DNA of 64,000 nucleotides from assembly GCA_964016885.1 (NCBI GenBank), contig OZ024740.1, positions 142,352,001 to 142,416,000 of the forward strand, read 5' to 3'. The DNA comes from Eledone cirrhosa. Its lineage: Eukaryota. The notes beneath the pieces were generated by a model. The model saw only the letters and a program-made list of their open reading frames with translations, ran no database searches and was not told where the DNA came from. Below, in pieces: positions 12,634-27,021 of this stretch. Positions within the stretch are counted from its first letter, which is position 1; each line of letters begins with the position of its first letter. A program made the translations under genes and the position numbers.

Positions 12634-12692
<59 letters not shown>

Positions 12693-12965
12693 AAATGTGT
12701 GAGATCCTTGGTACAGTTAGGTATATTTGAAAAAAAGGAAAAGAATGACTTCACTTGTAGTGTTAAACATTTACGTACATACATATATGTATACAGACGT
12801 ACAGTAGTATGTATATATATATACATACATGCACACATATATATATGTACGTATGGATTCACCAAACATTTATTATAATGCTCGGTGTGTTTGTAAACAA
12901 ACATCCCGTATAAAACCGCAGTGTCTAGCAACCACCGTTGCTCGTTTGATCAACACTGACAAAGA

Positions 12966-13008
12966 ACGCTGTACTAGTTTCAAGCTTGTTAGCTATCGTC
13001 AGCAACGT
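12966..13008 (-). ncRNA. Minimal type I hammerhead ribozyme
   Basis: Minus strand reads acgttg-CTGACGA-t-agct(aaca)agct-t-GAAAC-ta-GTA-cagcgt. Stem III is the palindrome ACTAGT, typical of PLE dimeric hammerheads. Confidence 0.85.
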
Positions 13009-13114
13009 ATACCTTCCTGCCAGATTGTTGAACGTATATCTTCTTCGGGTTCTTTAGAATATGATACCAGTTAAGCTCAAAACTTAGTATTTGGTAACGT
13101 GACCGTGTTCCATT

Positions 13115-13300
13115 GGATTGGCAGTATTGGTAGAGGGTCGGACGCCATGCTTTTCAACATAGAGTTACGGCCTTTGCCATTCTGAGTTCAAATCCCGCCG
13201 AGGTTAACTTTGCCTTTCATCCTTACGGAGTCAATAAAATAAAGTACCAGTAATACACTGGGTAATTGCTGGCCTTGTGCCAAAAGTAGAAACAATTATT
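13115..13300 (+). mobile_element. SINE family A
   Basis: Near-identical to 4801-4988. Confidence 0.85.
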
Positions 13301-13493
13301 ACATTCAATTTCAAAGAAATTTATTCCTTAAACAATTTTAACTGAATTACAGTTTAAATGATTGCTTGTTTTACAAGTTGCACACAATATTCTTTTTTAA
13401 TAATTTGTTTAGACGTGGTTCCAGATTCAATTTTACTACCCGGCATATTGAACAGGTGTCTTCTATGTTAGCCATGTGACTGATATATATATG

Positions 13494-13540
<47 letters not shown>

Positions 13541-13808
13541 CGTGGATGGGTGTGTGCATCTGTATATTTTTTGGCATTTATAGAAAATTTATTCTTTAAA
13601 AAAAGTGAAATTGCGTATGGTTTCAAGACCATTTTAAGGTATAAACATTTGTTTGAGTGCCAGTGTGAATTAACAGTCATGCTGCATATAGTAAGTAATA
13701 TCTCTTAGTATGAATATGGAGTTTTTTTAAATGTAAACTAAACATTCGACGGACTATTTGTGCGTTTGAAAAGAGGAACATGTTGAGCTATTATACTTAT
13801 ATAATGAT

Positions 13809-13850
13809 TAATTCCGATGAGTTCCACGAAGATGAAACAACTGTAAATTA
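13809..13850 (+). ncRNA. Minimal type I hammerhead ribozyme, CCGATGA core variant
   Basis: taatt-CCGATGA-gttc(cac)gaagat-GAAAC-aact-GTA-aatta; (TA)n begins at 13893. Confidence 0.7.
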
Positions 13851-13889
13851 AATTATTATATAGATGATAGTGTTTGGTAACATACTTTA

Positions 13890-13972
<83 letters not shown>

Positions 13973-13987
13973 CATATATATATATAC

Positions 13988-14072
<85 letters not shown>

Positions 14073-14391
14073 GTGTGTGTGAAAGAGAGAGAGAGCGTGT
14101 GTATGTGTGAGAAAGTGCGTATGTGCGTGTGTGCGAGCGTATGTATGTGTGTTGATGTGTTTACGTTTGTATTTTTGTCTGTGGTTATGCCCCGTGATTT
14201 AGGTGTTCGATAGAAATAGATCTATAAAAATAAGCACCAGACTTGAAAAATAAAGCTCTGGGGCTGATATGATCGACTAAAACCCCCCTGAGGCAGTGCT
14301 CTCTAATGATTGAAACCAGTAAAAAGACGAAAAACAGACGAAAATATGTTAGCAGCATGAGCCTGAGTACGTAAATAAATAGAAAGTTATA

Positions 14392-14451
<60 letters not shown>

Positions 14452-14732
14452 AAAAATGAATGAAAGAAAGAAAGTGGTAGTAGATGATGATCATGATGAT
14501 GATGATGATGGTAGAGAAAGAAACTGATGACGAAGCAAAAGACGAACGATTTGAAATTGGAGTCGAGAAATTCGAGCTAAAGTAGAGAAGGGATTATATA
14601 ATGAAAATGATGGTGGCGGGGTTGATGACAACGATAAAGATGATCCCGCAAAAACGTTTGTCCCGTTATAAACGATTTTAAAATACATACAATAATCTTT
14701 GCACTACAACAGATTAAATTCCTACAACAGCA

Positions 14733-14764
<32 letters not shown>

Positions 14765-14821
14765 CACTGCTATTACTACTACTATTACTACTACTACCAC
14801 CACTGCTATTACTACTACTAT

Positions 14822-14881
<60 letters not shown>

Positions 14882-14955
14882 TGCTATTACTACTACTATT
14901 ACTACTACTACCACCACTGCTATTACTACTACTATTACTACTACTACTACCACTG

Positions 14956-15035
<80 letters not shown>
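14733..15035. repeat. (CTA)n microsatellite with ~33-bp higher-order units
   Basis: Repeated unit ccactgctattactactactattactactacta; explains the poly-Tyr and poly-Val ORFs. Confidence 0.9.
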
Positions 15036-15259
15036 GACAATGTCAATGGGTTATTACAAACAACCAGCGAAAAACGAAAAGAAAAACGAGTAGGAACATT
15101 TATCAAGTTGAGTCGTTCTAAATAAAAAAGAGAACGAAGATTTAATTCATTTAATCAATATAACATTGCATTAGAAACGGCTTGATAACGGTGTACTCTT
15201 CACATCCCCACCTATCTATGAAGCAAACTTCGATATACAGATACAGATGTGTGTGTGTG

Positions 15260-15396
<137 letters not shown>

Positions 15397-16359
15397 GTGT
15401 GTGCGTGTGTGTGCGTGTGTGTGTAATTTGTTGAGCTGCTTATACTGTGACTAGTACTTTGCACCTCTTTCTAGTGGCTACGGTGTCCAGTCCTATTTAT
15501 ATTTGCCGCCACAGTTAAAGCGTTTTTCACACCATTGCGGTCTATAGTTTTGGCTGACTCTTGGATCCCGACAGATATAAAGGTATTTTGTATTTTATTG
15601 GAACTTATCCAAAGACGATCCTCTCGTGATTAGTTTCGTTCTAAGCCCAAATCTTACTCTCCTTCTGCCAGAAGTTACAACCAACAGGTAGGGTTTACAA
15701 AGTTTCCATTTGTCCGATTGGACGATCGGCTCGTTTCCTTTTCTTTGTCAGCAAACTGGTTCTCTCGTCAACACTTTAAAGAGCAGTGCAGAAAGGATTA
15801 TGTAGGGACCGACTGTTTCACTATTGGAAGATGAGAAAGGGAATACAAATTTTAGTTGGCGAAAAAAATGCCTTACTTAAGAAATGAAAGGAGAGAGGAG
15901 GGATAGAAAGAGAGAGAGGAGAAAGAAAGAAATCCAAATAAAGAGATCAATGGATTATTAAAGAGCTTCTGTATTTGTAATTCGTCATGACATATCGATC
16001 CATCGATCCAAAGACAGAAAAACTCCGTGGTAAACATTATCTAAGATATTGTCCAAAATTCATAAAAAAATGAAAAATTAAAGTAAAAACAGAAAAATAA
16101 GTAAGAAACAAAACTAATTTCCTTTTGCTTGTACAATTACTATTTGATAACGTTGTCGTTTAGCACCAGGTCCGTCATGGTTTAGTAGACATATGATCAA
16201 AGGTATTCGCGCTATGTCTGTAGTTTAAACCATAATAACTTTTTAGTATAGCATATCTATGGATATAAAAGTTATTCTGTAAAACCTGGACCAATAGGGC
16301 ATATATGAGTATTGTTTTAATGGTGTGATGCCACCATATATGTGCACTAATATTATGAG

Positions 16360-16872
16360 TCCCGGTTAGCTTTGCCTTTCAACCCTACGGTCGATAAAAT
16401 AAAGTACCCGTCACACCCTGAGGTGGATTTAACCTACTTTCGCCTCCCCCAAATTGCTGGCTTTGTGCCTATAGTAGCGGTGGATTGGCAGTATCGGTAG
16501 AGGGTCAGACGCCATGCTTTCCAGCATAGTTACGTCCCTTTACGATCTGAGTTCAAATCCCGCCGAGGTTGACTTTGCCTTTCATCCTTACGGGGTCGAT
16601 AAAATAAAGTAACCAGTAATGCACTGGGTATTTGCTGGCCTTGTGCCTAAAGTAGAAACAATTATTATTATCTAAAATGGCGGTGATTTGGCAGTATCGG
16701 TAGAAGGTCGGACGCCATGCTTTCCAGCATAGTTACGTCCCTTTACGGTCTGAGTTCAAATCCCGTCGAGGTTAACTTTGCCTTTCATCCTTACGGGGTC
16801 GATAAAATAAAGTACTAGTAATGCACTGGGTAATTGCTGGTCTTGTGCCAAAAGTAGAAACAATTATTATTA
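16360..16872 (+). mobile_element. Tandem cluster of three SINE family A copies (one partial, two full)
   Basis: Copies at about 16360-16470, 16481-16670 and 16678-16872, head-to-tail. Confidence 0.85.
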
Positions 16873-17744
16873 TCAAAAATCCAATGCGTTCTTCAAGAAA
16901 GATTAGGGCATTAGGACTAAAAGTTTATGTATAAGAAGGCTGAATTCGAGGGAAGGGAATAGTCAATTATAACGAACCAGTATTTGACTGTCACTATATT
17001 TTATCAGCCTGGAAGAATTAAAAGCAGATTTGAATACAGAACATAAAAGCCCGTAACAAGAACACATTTTTTTTCCGAACTCTAACGACTCTGCCGATTC
17101 ACCACACTATTAACTATACTCTTATTTGGTCTTTCGAAATTCCACCGCAGGAATAACTTTAACGGTAAGAAGCTTGCTTTTAAGCGTGGTCCTGAGTTTG
17201 ATTCTATAGCGTATCACCATGGGCAAGTCTACGTGTGTTTGTATGTTTATGTCTGGATATACCGATTTAAAACGGTGCAAACCGTTGTGCGCCTTTACAT
17301 TAAAAAAAATTAAGTTTATTAATCAAAAATTCTGCATCAATAAAACAAGAACCAAACTAAAATTAGTACTGAGATCGATATATAATAAACTAAAAATTCG
17401 TAAAAATGTTGCCTCATCATGGCCACAGTTCAGTGACTGAAACCAGTATAAGAGTAAAAGAGTATAGCAGTGTGTGTGTACAATTGTTCAGTATTTGATT
17501 TCAAGTATATTTATTTTTCTATTTATTTATTATTCGTTTGTCTTTCTTAATTCTACATAATAACACGATATATACACTTTAGAATCAAAACCCATTATTT
17601 TAAAGCTGTAATTTTGTAATGTAATAGTTTTAAACAACGAAATAAAAAAACTCCCCCACCTCTCCCTATATGTGTGTGTGTGTAGGTATGTGTGTGTATG
17701 CGTGTGTGTATATGCGTGTATATGCCTCTGTGTATGCGCATTTA

Positions 17745-17789
<45 letters not shown>

Positions 17790-18008
17790 CTGTGTGTGTG
17801 TGCGTGTATGTCTGTTTGTGTGTCTGAGAGAGTGCTTGTTTGTTTGCATGTGTGTTTGTGTTATGTATATACTGCAAAACCGCCTTCTGTTCTTTACAGA
17901 TGTTCTTAGTTCTCAAATCCATTTGATGATTGCTGTACATAGTTCTTGCTATAGTCATAAAACTATATCATGGAACAGTAGGTTAACTATTACCACTCCA
18001 TGTACACA

Positions 18009-18046
<38 letters not shown>

Positions 18047-18922
18047 TACACATGCGCGCGCACACACACACACACATACACACACACACACACACTAACA
18101 AACAAAGAATCATCTCACACAAACATATACGCACACACACACAAACAAACAAACATCACACACAAAGATATACGCCAACACACACACTCGCAGACATACA
18201 CTCACAAACACACATTTGACTGGGTTGACTACTGACCCCAGTTTCGTCTAGTGACTGATCACAATAACAAATGAAATGAATTAAATAGCAATCATGTGTG
18301 GGTTTGTGTGCGTACGGGTTTGTGTATTTATTTCTGTAGTGACATTTGCTTCCATCCGTCTGTTGTAAATCCAGTGATGGTAATACGTGGCATCCCTTCG
18401 ACGTCGGTAAATTAAATAGCAGCTATCTACTGGTATCCATCACAATGACTGTAAACATGTCCCTCCTCCTTTGTGGCATATTGTGTCCAAGTCAGAAATC
18501 AATATACAATTATTATTGCAAAGGCAGGCTCACGAAAAGAAAACAATATCGTTTAGTTTTCAATAATTAACTGAGATTTATTTTCTTATAATGTGTTCCA
18601 AGATGAGTGTACTTTTTATATATTCAAAGTATTCAGTTCACAATCGTAAGGTTATGAATTGTATTCTCGGTAGCGTATAATGTCCTTGAGCAGGACTTTT
18701 TATTTCCTGTTGCTTTAGTCTACACATCTGGCAAAAATGAGTTATACCTCTAAATCAATGGGCAAGTCCTGTCACTATGTCATGCTGATTCTCCTTGACA
18801 ACTACGTTAAATGCGCATGCGTCCGTGGAAGGTTTAGTTACATGTACATCAACTCCACAGGCAGACTGTCACATTGTTCAAACAACTAAAACACTCATCG
18901 TCAGAATCGACTGAAGTCCAAC

Positions 18923-19011
<89 letters not shown>

Positions 19012-19645
19012 CAAATATAAATTAGCGAGAATTGTATTTCAGCTTTGTAATTAGCGCAAAACAACTTCCGAGATGTGTGGCAAGCGCTCAATAATTCTGA
19101 CGAACCAGAGCTACAACATAAGTTAAAGACCAAACACACTGAGACGATGGTTAAACTGTCATCCGCACAGCCATAGAAACGACCAAGTAATTTGGGTCAA
19201 ACAAATAAAAAAATATGTGATTGAAAAATTTACCCGGACCCCTGGAAGGTTGGTAAAATCCAGCATTTGGGTTTCTGCGACTCCTAAATCAAATACTGTC
19301 CGCTTAGACAAATAATGTTAGGCTTCTGGTAAGATGATTGAACAAGGAAGTCACTTTCTCAACAGGTTTTAGTTCAAGTGCCAGGCGAAGGAATAACCGT
19401 TACCGACACCCACGTGGGGCTCGACAAGGGAGGCAACCCTTATTTTAGGCGGATGAAATTCAGTATGTGTATATTATTGCAAAAATGCAAAATATCACAA
19501 AACAAATTAAGCTCTCAACAGAATGGTGCTAAGTATAAATACATATAGTGGTAGAACACTGGAAGGTAATATCCGTAGTGGTAGAGCACTCAGTCCAAGT
19601 GGCGAGTTAGGTAGAAGTGGTTACACAACAGTTAGTTCACCATAC

Positions 19646-19682
19646 CGAGAACAATTGTTTCACCTTACGGATCCTCAGCTCG
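19646..19682 (-). ncRNA. Minimal type I hammerhead ribozyme in PLE 3' pLTR
   Basis: Minus strand reads cgag-CTGAGGA-t-cc(gtaa)gg-t-GAAAC-aatt-GTT-ctcg, about 170 nt downstream of the GIY-YIG stop. Confidence 0.85.
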
Positions 19683-19851
19683 TAATGGACATTGTTATAC
19701 GGAACAGGAAGGGCGACCGTACGAACGCGCATGCGCAGAAACGATCACTTCACACAGGCAATACTAAAATGCGTGCAAGAGGTCTAAGGGAGATAACTGC
19801 GAAAGTCCGAAAAGTTTCTAGTTGATAAGAAAATTAGGATGTTGTTGTAAT

Positions 19852-20280
19852 TCAATCCGGAGCTTTGTAGTTACGTAAGAGGTGTTTCCAGACGTGTGGA
19901 CAACGTGTGAAGAATTCATTTCTCGTGTTTAGGCAATCGCTATTGCATAATCTCTTTAGAATATTTATTCGTTCATCAATACATAGTCCACACGACGGAT
20001 TTCCCCTTGCGTATGGTTTGGACTTAGTGATGGCTTTCCATTGAATGGAGTAGTCTATACTTGAGTCCTTGAGGAACCATACGTGGCTCGCGAGTTTCAT
20101 GGGTGAACGTCTGTCCGAGTACCTAAAGGTTGACTGGTGGTTCAGGAAGCGTTCCTTAAATCGGCCCTCCGCCATACCCACATAGGATTTGACCTCCAGT
20201 GGTTAATTTGGTCGGTTGGAAGTGACCACAGCTTCATAAACTACAGCGGGTGTGTTGCATTGCTGTTGAAGGGGACAAGC
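19852..20280 (-). pseudogene. Penelope-like GIY-YIG endonuclease domain (one in-frame stop upstream)
   Basis: [20 protein letters not shown]...YVGMAEGRFKERFLNHQSTF...LASHVWFLK...CGLCIDERINI...LNTRNEFFTRCPH. Confidence 0.85.
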
Positions 20281-20314
20281 AGGTGCTCTTGCCGTAAGCC
20301 CGAAGCTTGTCCCC

Positions 20315-20417
<103 letters not shown>

Positions 20418-20436
20418 AGGTATGTATGTAGGTATA

Positions 20437-20545
<109 letters not shown>

Positions 20546-21299
20546 CCACCAATATACTTTCGTAGATTCAATTGACTACCCACTTTCTTTCTGAAATTGG
20601 CATTTTTCCTAAATAAGAAACCATTATTTAACTCTGGTTGACATTCAACCAGAAATTCAAGAGCCTATGTGCCTAATGTTTACGGAAAGTAAAGGTTAAC
20701 TAGCGATTATTAATGTCATTTTAAATCTAAATAGCACGGCCTAACTTCAGATATTGATTTTCCTTTAATATTCTCGTGGCGAATCTCTTTAAAACCAAAT
20801 GTTTTATTTTGTTATGTCCATTATGGAAATATCAACAAATTCAGATAGAAATGTTTCTGCATTTTTTAGCAAGCTTTCAACTACCTGATTTACACGATTT
20901 TTGTTTTTTTGTTTTTATTCGATGTCGTTGACTTTAATTTAACACAACCTGTTGGTTTTTGCCGTTAATTATTCCTTTATTCATCATATCGAGTTCATTT
21001 TACTTTAAATAACGGGAGATTAGAATTGATTAAACACGAATTTGGTGTTAAGTGAACGTTTCTGTCATGGTCCTTTACTAAAAGGAAGACTACTTTAATT
21101 CATCACTTCAGCGTAATGAGACGGTTAAAAGTTATGCAGTTTTCAATGATCCATCTATCCATCCATAGCTCATGATGGACTTGTAGGAGTGATAACGTCT
21201 CGGGCATATAAAGTTGGTGGAACCCATCCCTTTTCATGGTGAAGCAGCAGATTTCTTGGAGAAAGAGAAAGAGAGGGAGAGAGAGAAAGAATTACCCCC

Positions 21300-21435
21300 A
21301 GTACTGAGCAGGCAATTTATTTATCGGCCATTGATGTTAAAGTTTCCAGTGACACTGAGCAGCTTGCGAATTCTTATATCAATCTCGCTCAGTTCTTGCA
21401 TTGACCAGTTCAGCAGGCCAAGTATGACCAAATGG
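21300..21435 (-). mobile_element. R4/Dong-like non-LTR fragment
   Basis: ILGLLNWSMQELSEIDIRIRKLLS resembles the post-RT G..NW...EL..LDRK.RKLL motif of R4/NeSL-type elements. Confidence 0.45.
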
Positions 21436-21439
21436 TAAA

Positions 21440-21990
21440 GCTGGCGCATTATGGCACCAGCTCCTACAATTTTTGCACTTAATTCAGCCTTCTGCTTTCC
21501 CTCATTCGTGAACACGACCACGGAATTATATATATGCTTCATATAATTCTTTGTTAAGATTGTAGATCCACTGTATACAATGATTGTAGTCACAATTTGG
21601 TCGAAGGTGACGCATTACTACACCATTTCCTGCAATTCTTGCATTTAATTGAACCTGCTGCCTTCCATCATTCGTAAATACGACCCCGAGATTCTTCTCC
21701 ACCTGCTTAAGTGAAACTCCATTCACATGTACAGTGCACAACGCAGGCTTCTTTGTGAGGACGAGTGTCTCAGATTTCGCGGTACTGATTTTCATTCCAG
21801 TCATGCAGTATTCGATATCAAACCTATCAAATGCAAGTCGAAGATCACCTTGTCGTGTTAAGTAACACCATGTTTTCTGAAAATTCCAGCCGACAAATTT
21901 TACACATACCAATCGTGATATCACTTCCAACTCGGCTACGCATGTCAATCCTATTCAGGATTTCTCTTATGTATGTATTTATCTATCCGT
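21440..21990 (-). mobile_element. RTE-like LINE RT C-terminal fragments (segment partly duplicated)
   Basis: GMKISTAKSETLV...VNGVSLKQVEK..LGVVFTNDGRQ...NARIA...VMRHL; second copy VVFTNEGKQKAELSAKIVGAGAIMRQL. Confidence 0.7.
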
Positions 21991-22174
21991 CGAAAGAAAA
22001 CTTGAATGTGTGTCTATTTGATTATGTATAAGCAGTCTGTTTGTGAATGCATATATATTTGTATGAGTACTGGCGAGCCTTTTATATCTTTCTGTATATA
22101 TGTGTATACATTTGTGTGTATAAATGCATTTGTATAGTAGGTTATCATGAATATTTATGGACAAATAGTAAAGA

Positions 22175-22400
22175 TGCGTAGCTTTATGGTTAGAGCGTCG
22201 AATTCACAATCGAAAGATTGTGAGTTCGATTCCCGGACAGGGTAATGCGTTGTGTTCTTGAACAACGCACTTTATTTTACGTTGCTCTAGTTCACTCAGC
22301 TGTAGAAATGAGTTGCGACGTCACTGGAGCCTAGCTGTGCCTTTGCCTTTGACAAAATCGGTGGCGTGGAGAGGGGAGACTGGTATGCGTAGGCAACTAC
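22175..22400 (+). mobile_element. tRNA-derived SINE (family B)
   Basis: tagctttatggttagagcg (box A), gagttcgattcc (box B), gcgttgtgttcttgaacaacgcactttattttacgttgctctag. Confidence 0.8.
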
Positions 22401-23835
22401 TACTAAAGGGGTTTTTTTACCCTCTATATCGACAAATACAGAGTTGGAATAAGAAACTAGAGAAAGTATACACCCAGTGATAACCATCTTTCCTTTATTT
22501 TATGCAGGCACCAATTTCCTGTTATTCCATTGATTGCAATAACCATAAATATACAAACCGTATATATTTTTATTACGTATAATACTGCTACGGTGTCTAT
22601 ATTTAATGTTTTTAACAAGCACTATCTTGACTATGGAAAGAAATTGAAGACATAATCTATCTATAATAATTGCTACAAGAGGTGCTACAATACTCAGTCT
22701 CCGAATGTAGGAATCAATGTTTTATCAAGCGGTGAAGTAACTCTGCAGGTGTTTTGGCCCTTTTCACCGCAACACCAGAGCCGCCCGGAGAACCCACCGA
22801 TATAGGCAATGATACTCTTACACAACAGCATGAAATTAGGTGAGTCGGATATTGTTATTCCAAGTCAGACATATCCATTAAGCTCAACGTTCGATCCCAT
22901 TTGATGAGCGGTCTTCACTGCATTAGACGTACCATTCATCTCTCTGGTGTCAAATTTCTGTCTACTCTTTGACAAATCTTAATAAGTTGTTCTACGAGTA
23001 CATTCTTATTTCCATGTCAGAGAAAAGTGTATATAGTTGGTGTTGAACTCACAATCCAAAGGAATGAAGTACAATAGCCGACCCAATAAACCGTAGATTC
23101 TAAAACAAAATTCCAACAATCTTATAGTTTCCACGGCTGCTGCTGGCACATTTAATTAAGATAAGGTAAATATAATTGACGTCGTTATTGGCGGCTAAAC
23201 ATGACTTTCGTATTGAAATAATACTGTTTGTATTAAAGCCTTAGCCTTTAATCTATAGTAGCTGTGTGTGCGTGCGTATGTGTTTGTTCTACCGGAAATT
23301 ATGAAGAAGACCCAACGTGTAAGAGGTGTCTAAACCGTTTCAAATAACTGATTCTCTCTATCTACCAAACAGCAAGCCAACGACAGAATATTAATCCAGT
23401 CAGTTAACTTAACACTTAAATGTATTCCAAGTTTTAGATTACGACAACATTTGAGGCTTCAGCAATTTCAAAATATCAAATAGCAGAATGCTGTTGTTTT
23501 TTTTAAGATTTCGACAAGACAAACACTTATTTGATTAACGTACTTTCGCACATCATTCTTTTGTTGATATTGTTGTTGATCATGTTATCACTGCTGTCGC
23601 TATTGTTATTGTCATTGTCTATTGTTTGCTGTTGCATTCTTTTATACACATATATATATGTGTATGTGTGTGTATATACACACATACACACATATATGTA
23701 TATATATATGTTTATATATATATATACATACATAGATACATATATGTATGTGTATATACATATATATATATATATGTACATATATATATACATATATATA
23801 TATACATATATATGTATATTCATATATATATATAC

Positions 23836-23882
<47 letters not shown>

Positions 23883-23916
23883 ATATGCATACACACACAC
23901 ACACACACATATATAC

Positions 23917-23981
<65 letters not shown>

Positions 23982-24973
23982 CCCTCATCCTCCGCTTTTT
24001 TTGCCCCCACCACACCACACTGCAATCAGTTTCCGTATCACATGTTTGACTTGGATGGTGCGATGGAAATTTGTCGCGGATGGTTTAATTAAAAAGATGT
24101 CAATAAACATGATTACAATTCCTTGACGACATTGCAAAACAAAGATTAAGCTCACCAAGAATTATTTATTTATTTATATTTTTATTTATATTTTCATTTA
24201 TTTGTATATTTTTCTGAGAAAATTATCCTTGGATTATAAATATGCAGGATTCAGCAATTTTTTCACTAGTATCTGATTCTTATTTCCCTTCTTCCTCTTT
24301 TCTTTTTCTTCGTTTCTTATTCTCTTCACTTCTCAATCCTGTTTGCCCTTACCTTTCTGTTTTTTTTTCTATTTCCTGTTGCTGTTGTAGTAGTTCTTCT
24401 TCTTCTTCTTCTTCTTCTTCTTCTTCTTCTTCTTCTTCTTCTTCTTCTTCTTTTTCTTTTTTTTCTTCTTCTTCTCCTTCTTCTTCTTCTTCTTCTTCTT
24501 GCTATTTAGCGAAATCATTAGATTGTCCGTCAAAATGCTTCGTGGCATTCAGTTCCGGCGCTTTTTGTCCTGAATTCAAGTCCAACCAAAGTCAACTTTG
24601 CCTTTTATCATTTCGGGGTCCATAGAATAAGATACCTGTCGTTACCATCATTCACTTCTTTTCTCATCACCCTTCTCCTCCTTCTTTTCTGGCTTCGTGC
24701 CTTTATAAAAATATTACTATTATTCGTACTAAAATATTAGGGTGCTGGATAAAATGTGAAATATTTCGTTACCTAAATATCGTAATTTCAAATCCCATTG
24801 ATAAATAAATAAGTCCCAGTCATCTACTGACAAATATTCGACTGTGCTCACCTTTACTACACATTTTAAGACCTTGTGATTATGTGAGAGAATATTAACC
24901 TTAGTTTTCCATCGCAACAATCACTGCTTCTACCACAATCATCGTTATTATCATTATCATCACCATATTATAA

Positions 24974-25043
<70 letters not shown>

Positions 25044-25699
25044 TAAATGTCTGTGTGTGCGCGCGAGTGTATATATATACGGTTCTCCTACCTTGAAATG
25101 TATTCTATCCTTTTCGAGAACTAAACTAAAAAACAATGCTAAGATACTCTATTGTCCATTGATATTCACGGCAGTCTGGAATTAATTTTCCGGCTTTGTG
25201 ATTTTGCCTTTGAAGTTCCCTAGTGGCCAGACATTGAATTTGTACAGTACACATCAAGCTTTCTATTTCTTTTTTTAAAGCAAAGCTCTTTAGACAGTTG
25301 TTTTTCGTTTTTTAACTTCCATTTACATTTTTTTTTTCGCATTGTCATACATAATATTTGTCCATTCTTCATAGGTATGGAAGATGCTTTCATTCTAATT
25401 TTTGTTTCCTATTTTCCGCAGTGTTTTTGTTGTTTCTTTTTTATTTTCTCTTCTTTTATCCTTTTATTCTTTTACTGGTTTCAATCATTAGGCTGTGGCC
25501 ATGCTGGTACACCTTAAGGGGGTTTTAGTAGATGATATTGGGTCCAGTATTTATTTTTTCAAGTCTGGTACTTATTTTATCGAACTCTTTTCTGTCGAAC
25601 CTCTAATTAACGAGACACAAACACAGGCACAAACGTAAGCATAGACACACATACATACATACATACATACATACATACATACATACATACACGCACATG

Positions 25700-25738
<39 letters not shown>

Positions 25739-26429
25739 ATGTATGAAAATTAACAAAGAGAAAATAAGACAACGAACGAAAACAAGGCAATAAAACAAGA
25801 ATTTTTTTAAGGGGAAACATTAAAAGCCATTTTTTTTTTTTAAATAAAAATGCAAACGAAAGACACAGAAGGGTGGGTCTTCAGCAGTTTCGCCCCCTAC
25901 TAACAGTACTGCTGGTCCACAAGGAGTCACAATGTCTAATAAACAAGTCAAAGCGCTGCCCATGGAGTAAAATACAACACAACATGTACACATAGAATAT
26001 TATGTGACCACTAAGATAAGGTATTGTGCTTTTTATAGCAACGGTTAGTCTTGCGAGACTGAAACAAAGAAAGTAAAGAAATGAAAAAGAAAATGGGCTT
26101 TTGCAGTTTCCGTCTACTGAATTCCACTCACAAGGCACTGATCACCTTGATGCTATAATGGAATATAGTAGAAGACAATTGTCCTACGAAACTGAACCGA
26201 GGATCAAGTGTTTTGTGAGGTTAACTCCTAATCCGTACAGCCAATGCTTTTGTTTTTCAAATCTCTTTTGTCGTTGTTGTTATTGGATTTTCTCGGTTCA
26301 TTTCGTTTCTATTTATAAATTGTTTCTCATTGTATAGATAGAGATCGTTTGCTTTCTTAATTCTTTATCTCCCTGTTATGCTAATAACATAACCTTTGTT
26401 CTTTTCACTTAATTTACATAACTACAATG

Positions 26430-26625
26430 ATTTTTAATTTAGGCACAAGGCCAACAATTTGTGGGGAGAGCAAATCAATGACATAGACCTCAGTACGAGA
26501 GTGGTACTTTATTTTATTGGCCCCGAAAAGATGACAGGCAAAGTTTACCTTGGTGGAATTTGAACTCAGAACTAAATGCCACGAGACATTTCGTCCAGCG
26601 CTCTACTGATCCTGTCAATCCACCG
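26430..26625 (-). mobile_element. SINE family A-related (older variant)
   Basis: Reverse complement of ggcggtggattgacagga...gagttcaaattccacc...tttgcctgtcatcttttcgggg. Confidence 0.7.
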
Positions 26626-26939
26626 TCATTAGTTACACTATTATAATAATTAAAATACATATTACTCTGGTCAAAGTTATATAAAGGAAATAGTAGAGGC
26701 AAGTACATTTAAAACTCAATAATCAATACACTATATAATGTTATAAAACAAGAAAAACATTTAGGGTTACAGACCCCGCCCATGTGAGAATCTACTAGAT
26801 ACGTCGAGTCAAAGAAGCCCTCATTGCTGCTCACTTACAACATATTACATACTTTTGAGGATTACTGAGTTCCCCATAAGCATTTCTTTGACTCATCGAT
26901 AGAAGAACCCACTTGTTCTGAAAAAACTTATTCTTATAT

Positions 26940-26973
<34 letters not shown>

Positions 26974-27021
26974 GAGTGGAAGTGAGTAAAATCGAAGTTA
27001 CGGCGCTCAGCATCCATATAT

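Noticed and set aside
18850-19190. CTGACGA motifs at about 18900(-) and 19096(+)
   Set aside because: No properly placed GAAA with a closing stem I and stem III.
22640-23150. Non-repetitive stretches as candidate host exons (also 8530-8760, 15560-15830, 40650-40900)
   Set aside because: No recognisable protein similarity or consistent splice-bounded open frame could be established by eye.
26790-26905. Hairpin gagtcaaagaa/ttctttgactc with a CGATGA motif
   Set aside because: Both core segments are defective, so it is too degenerate to call a hammerhead.
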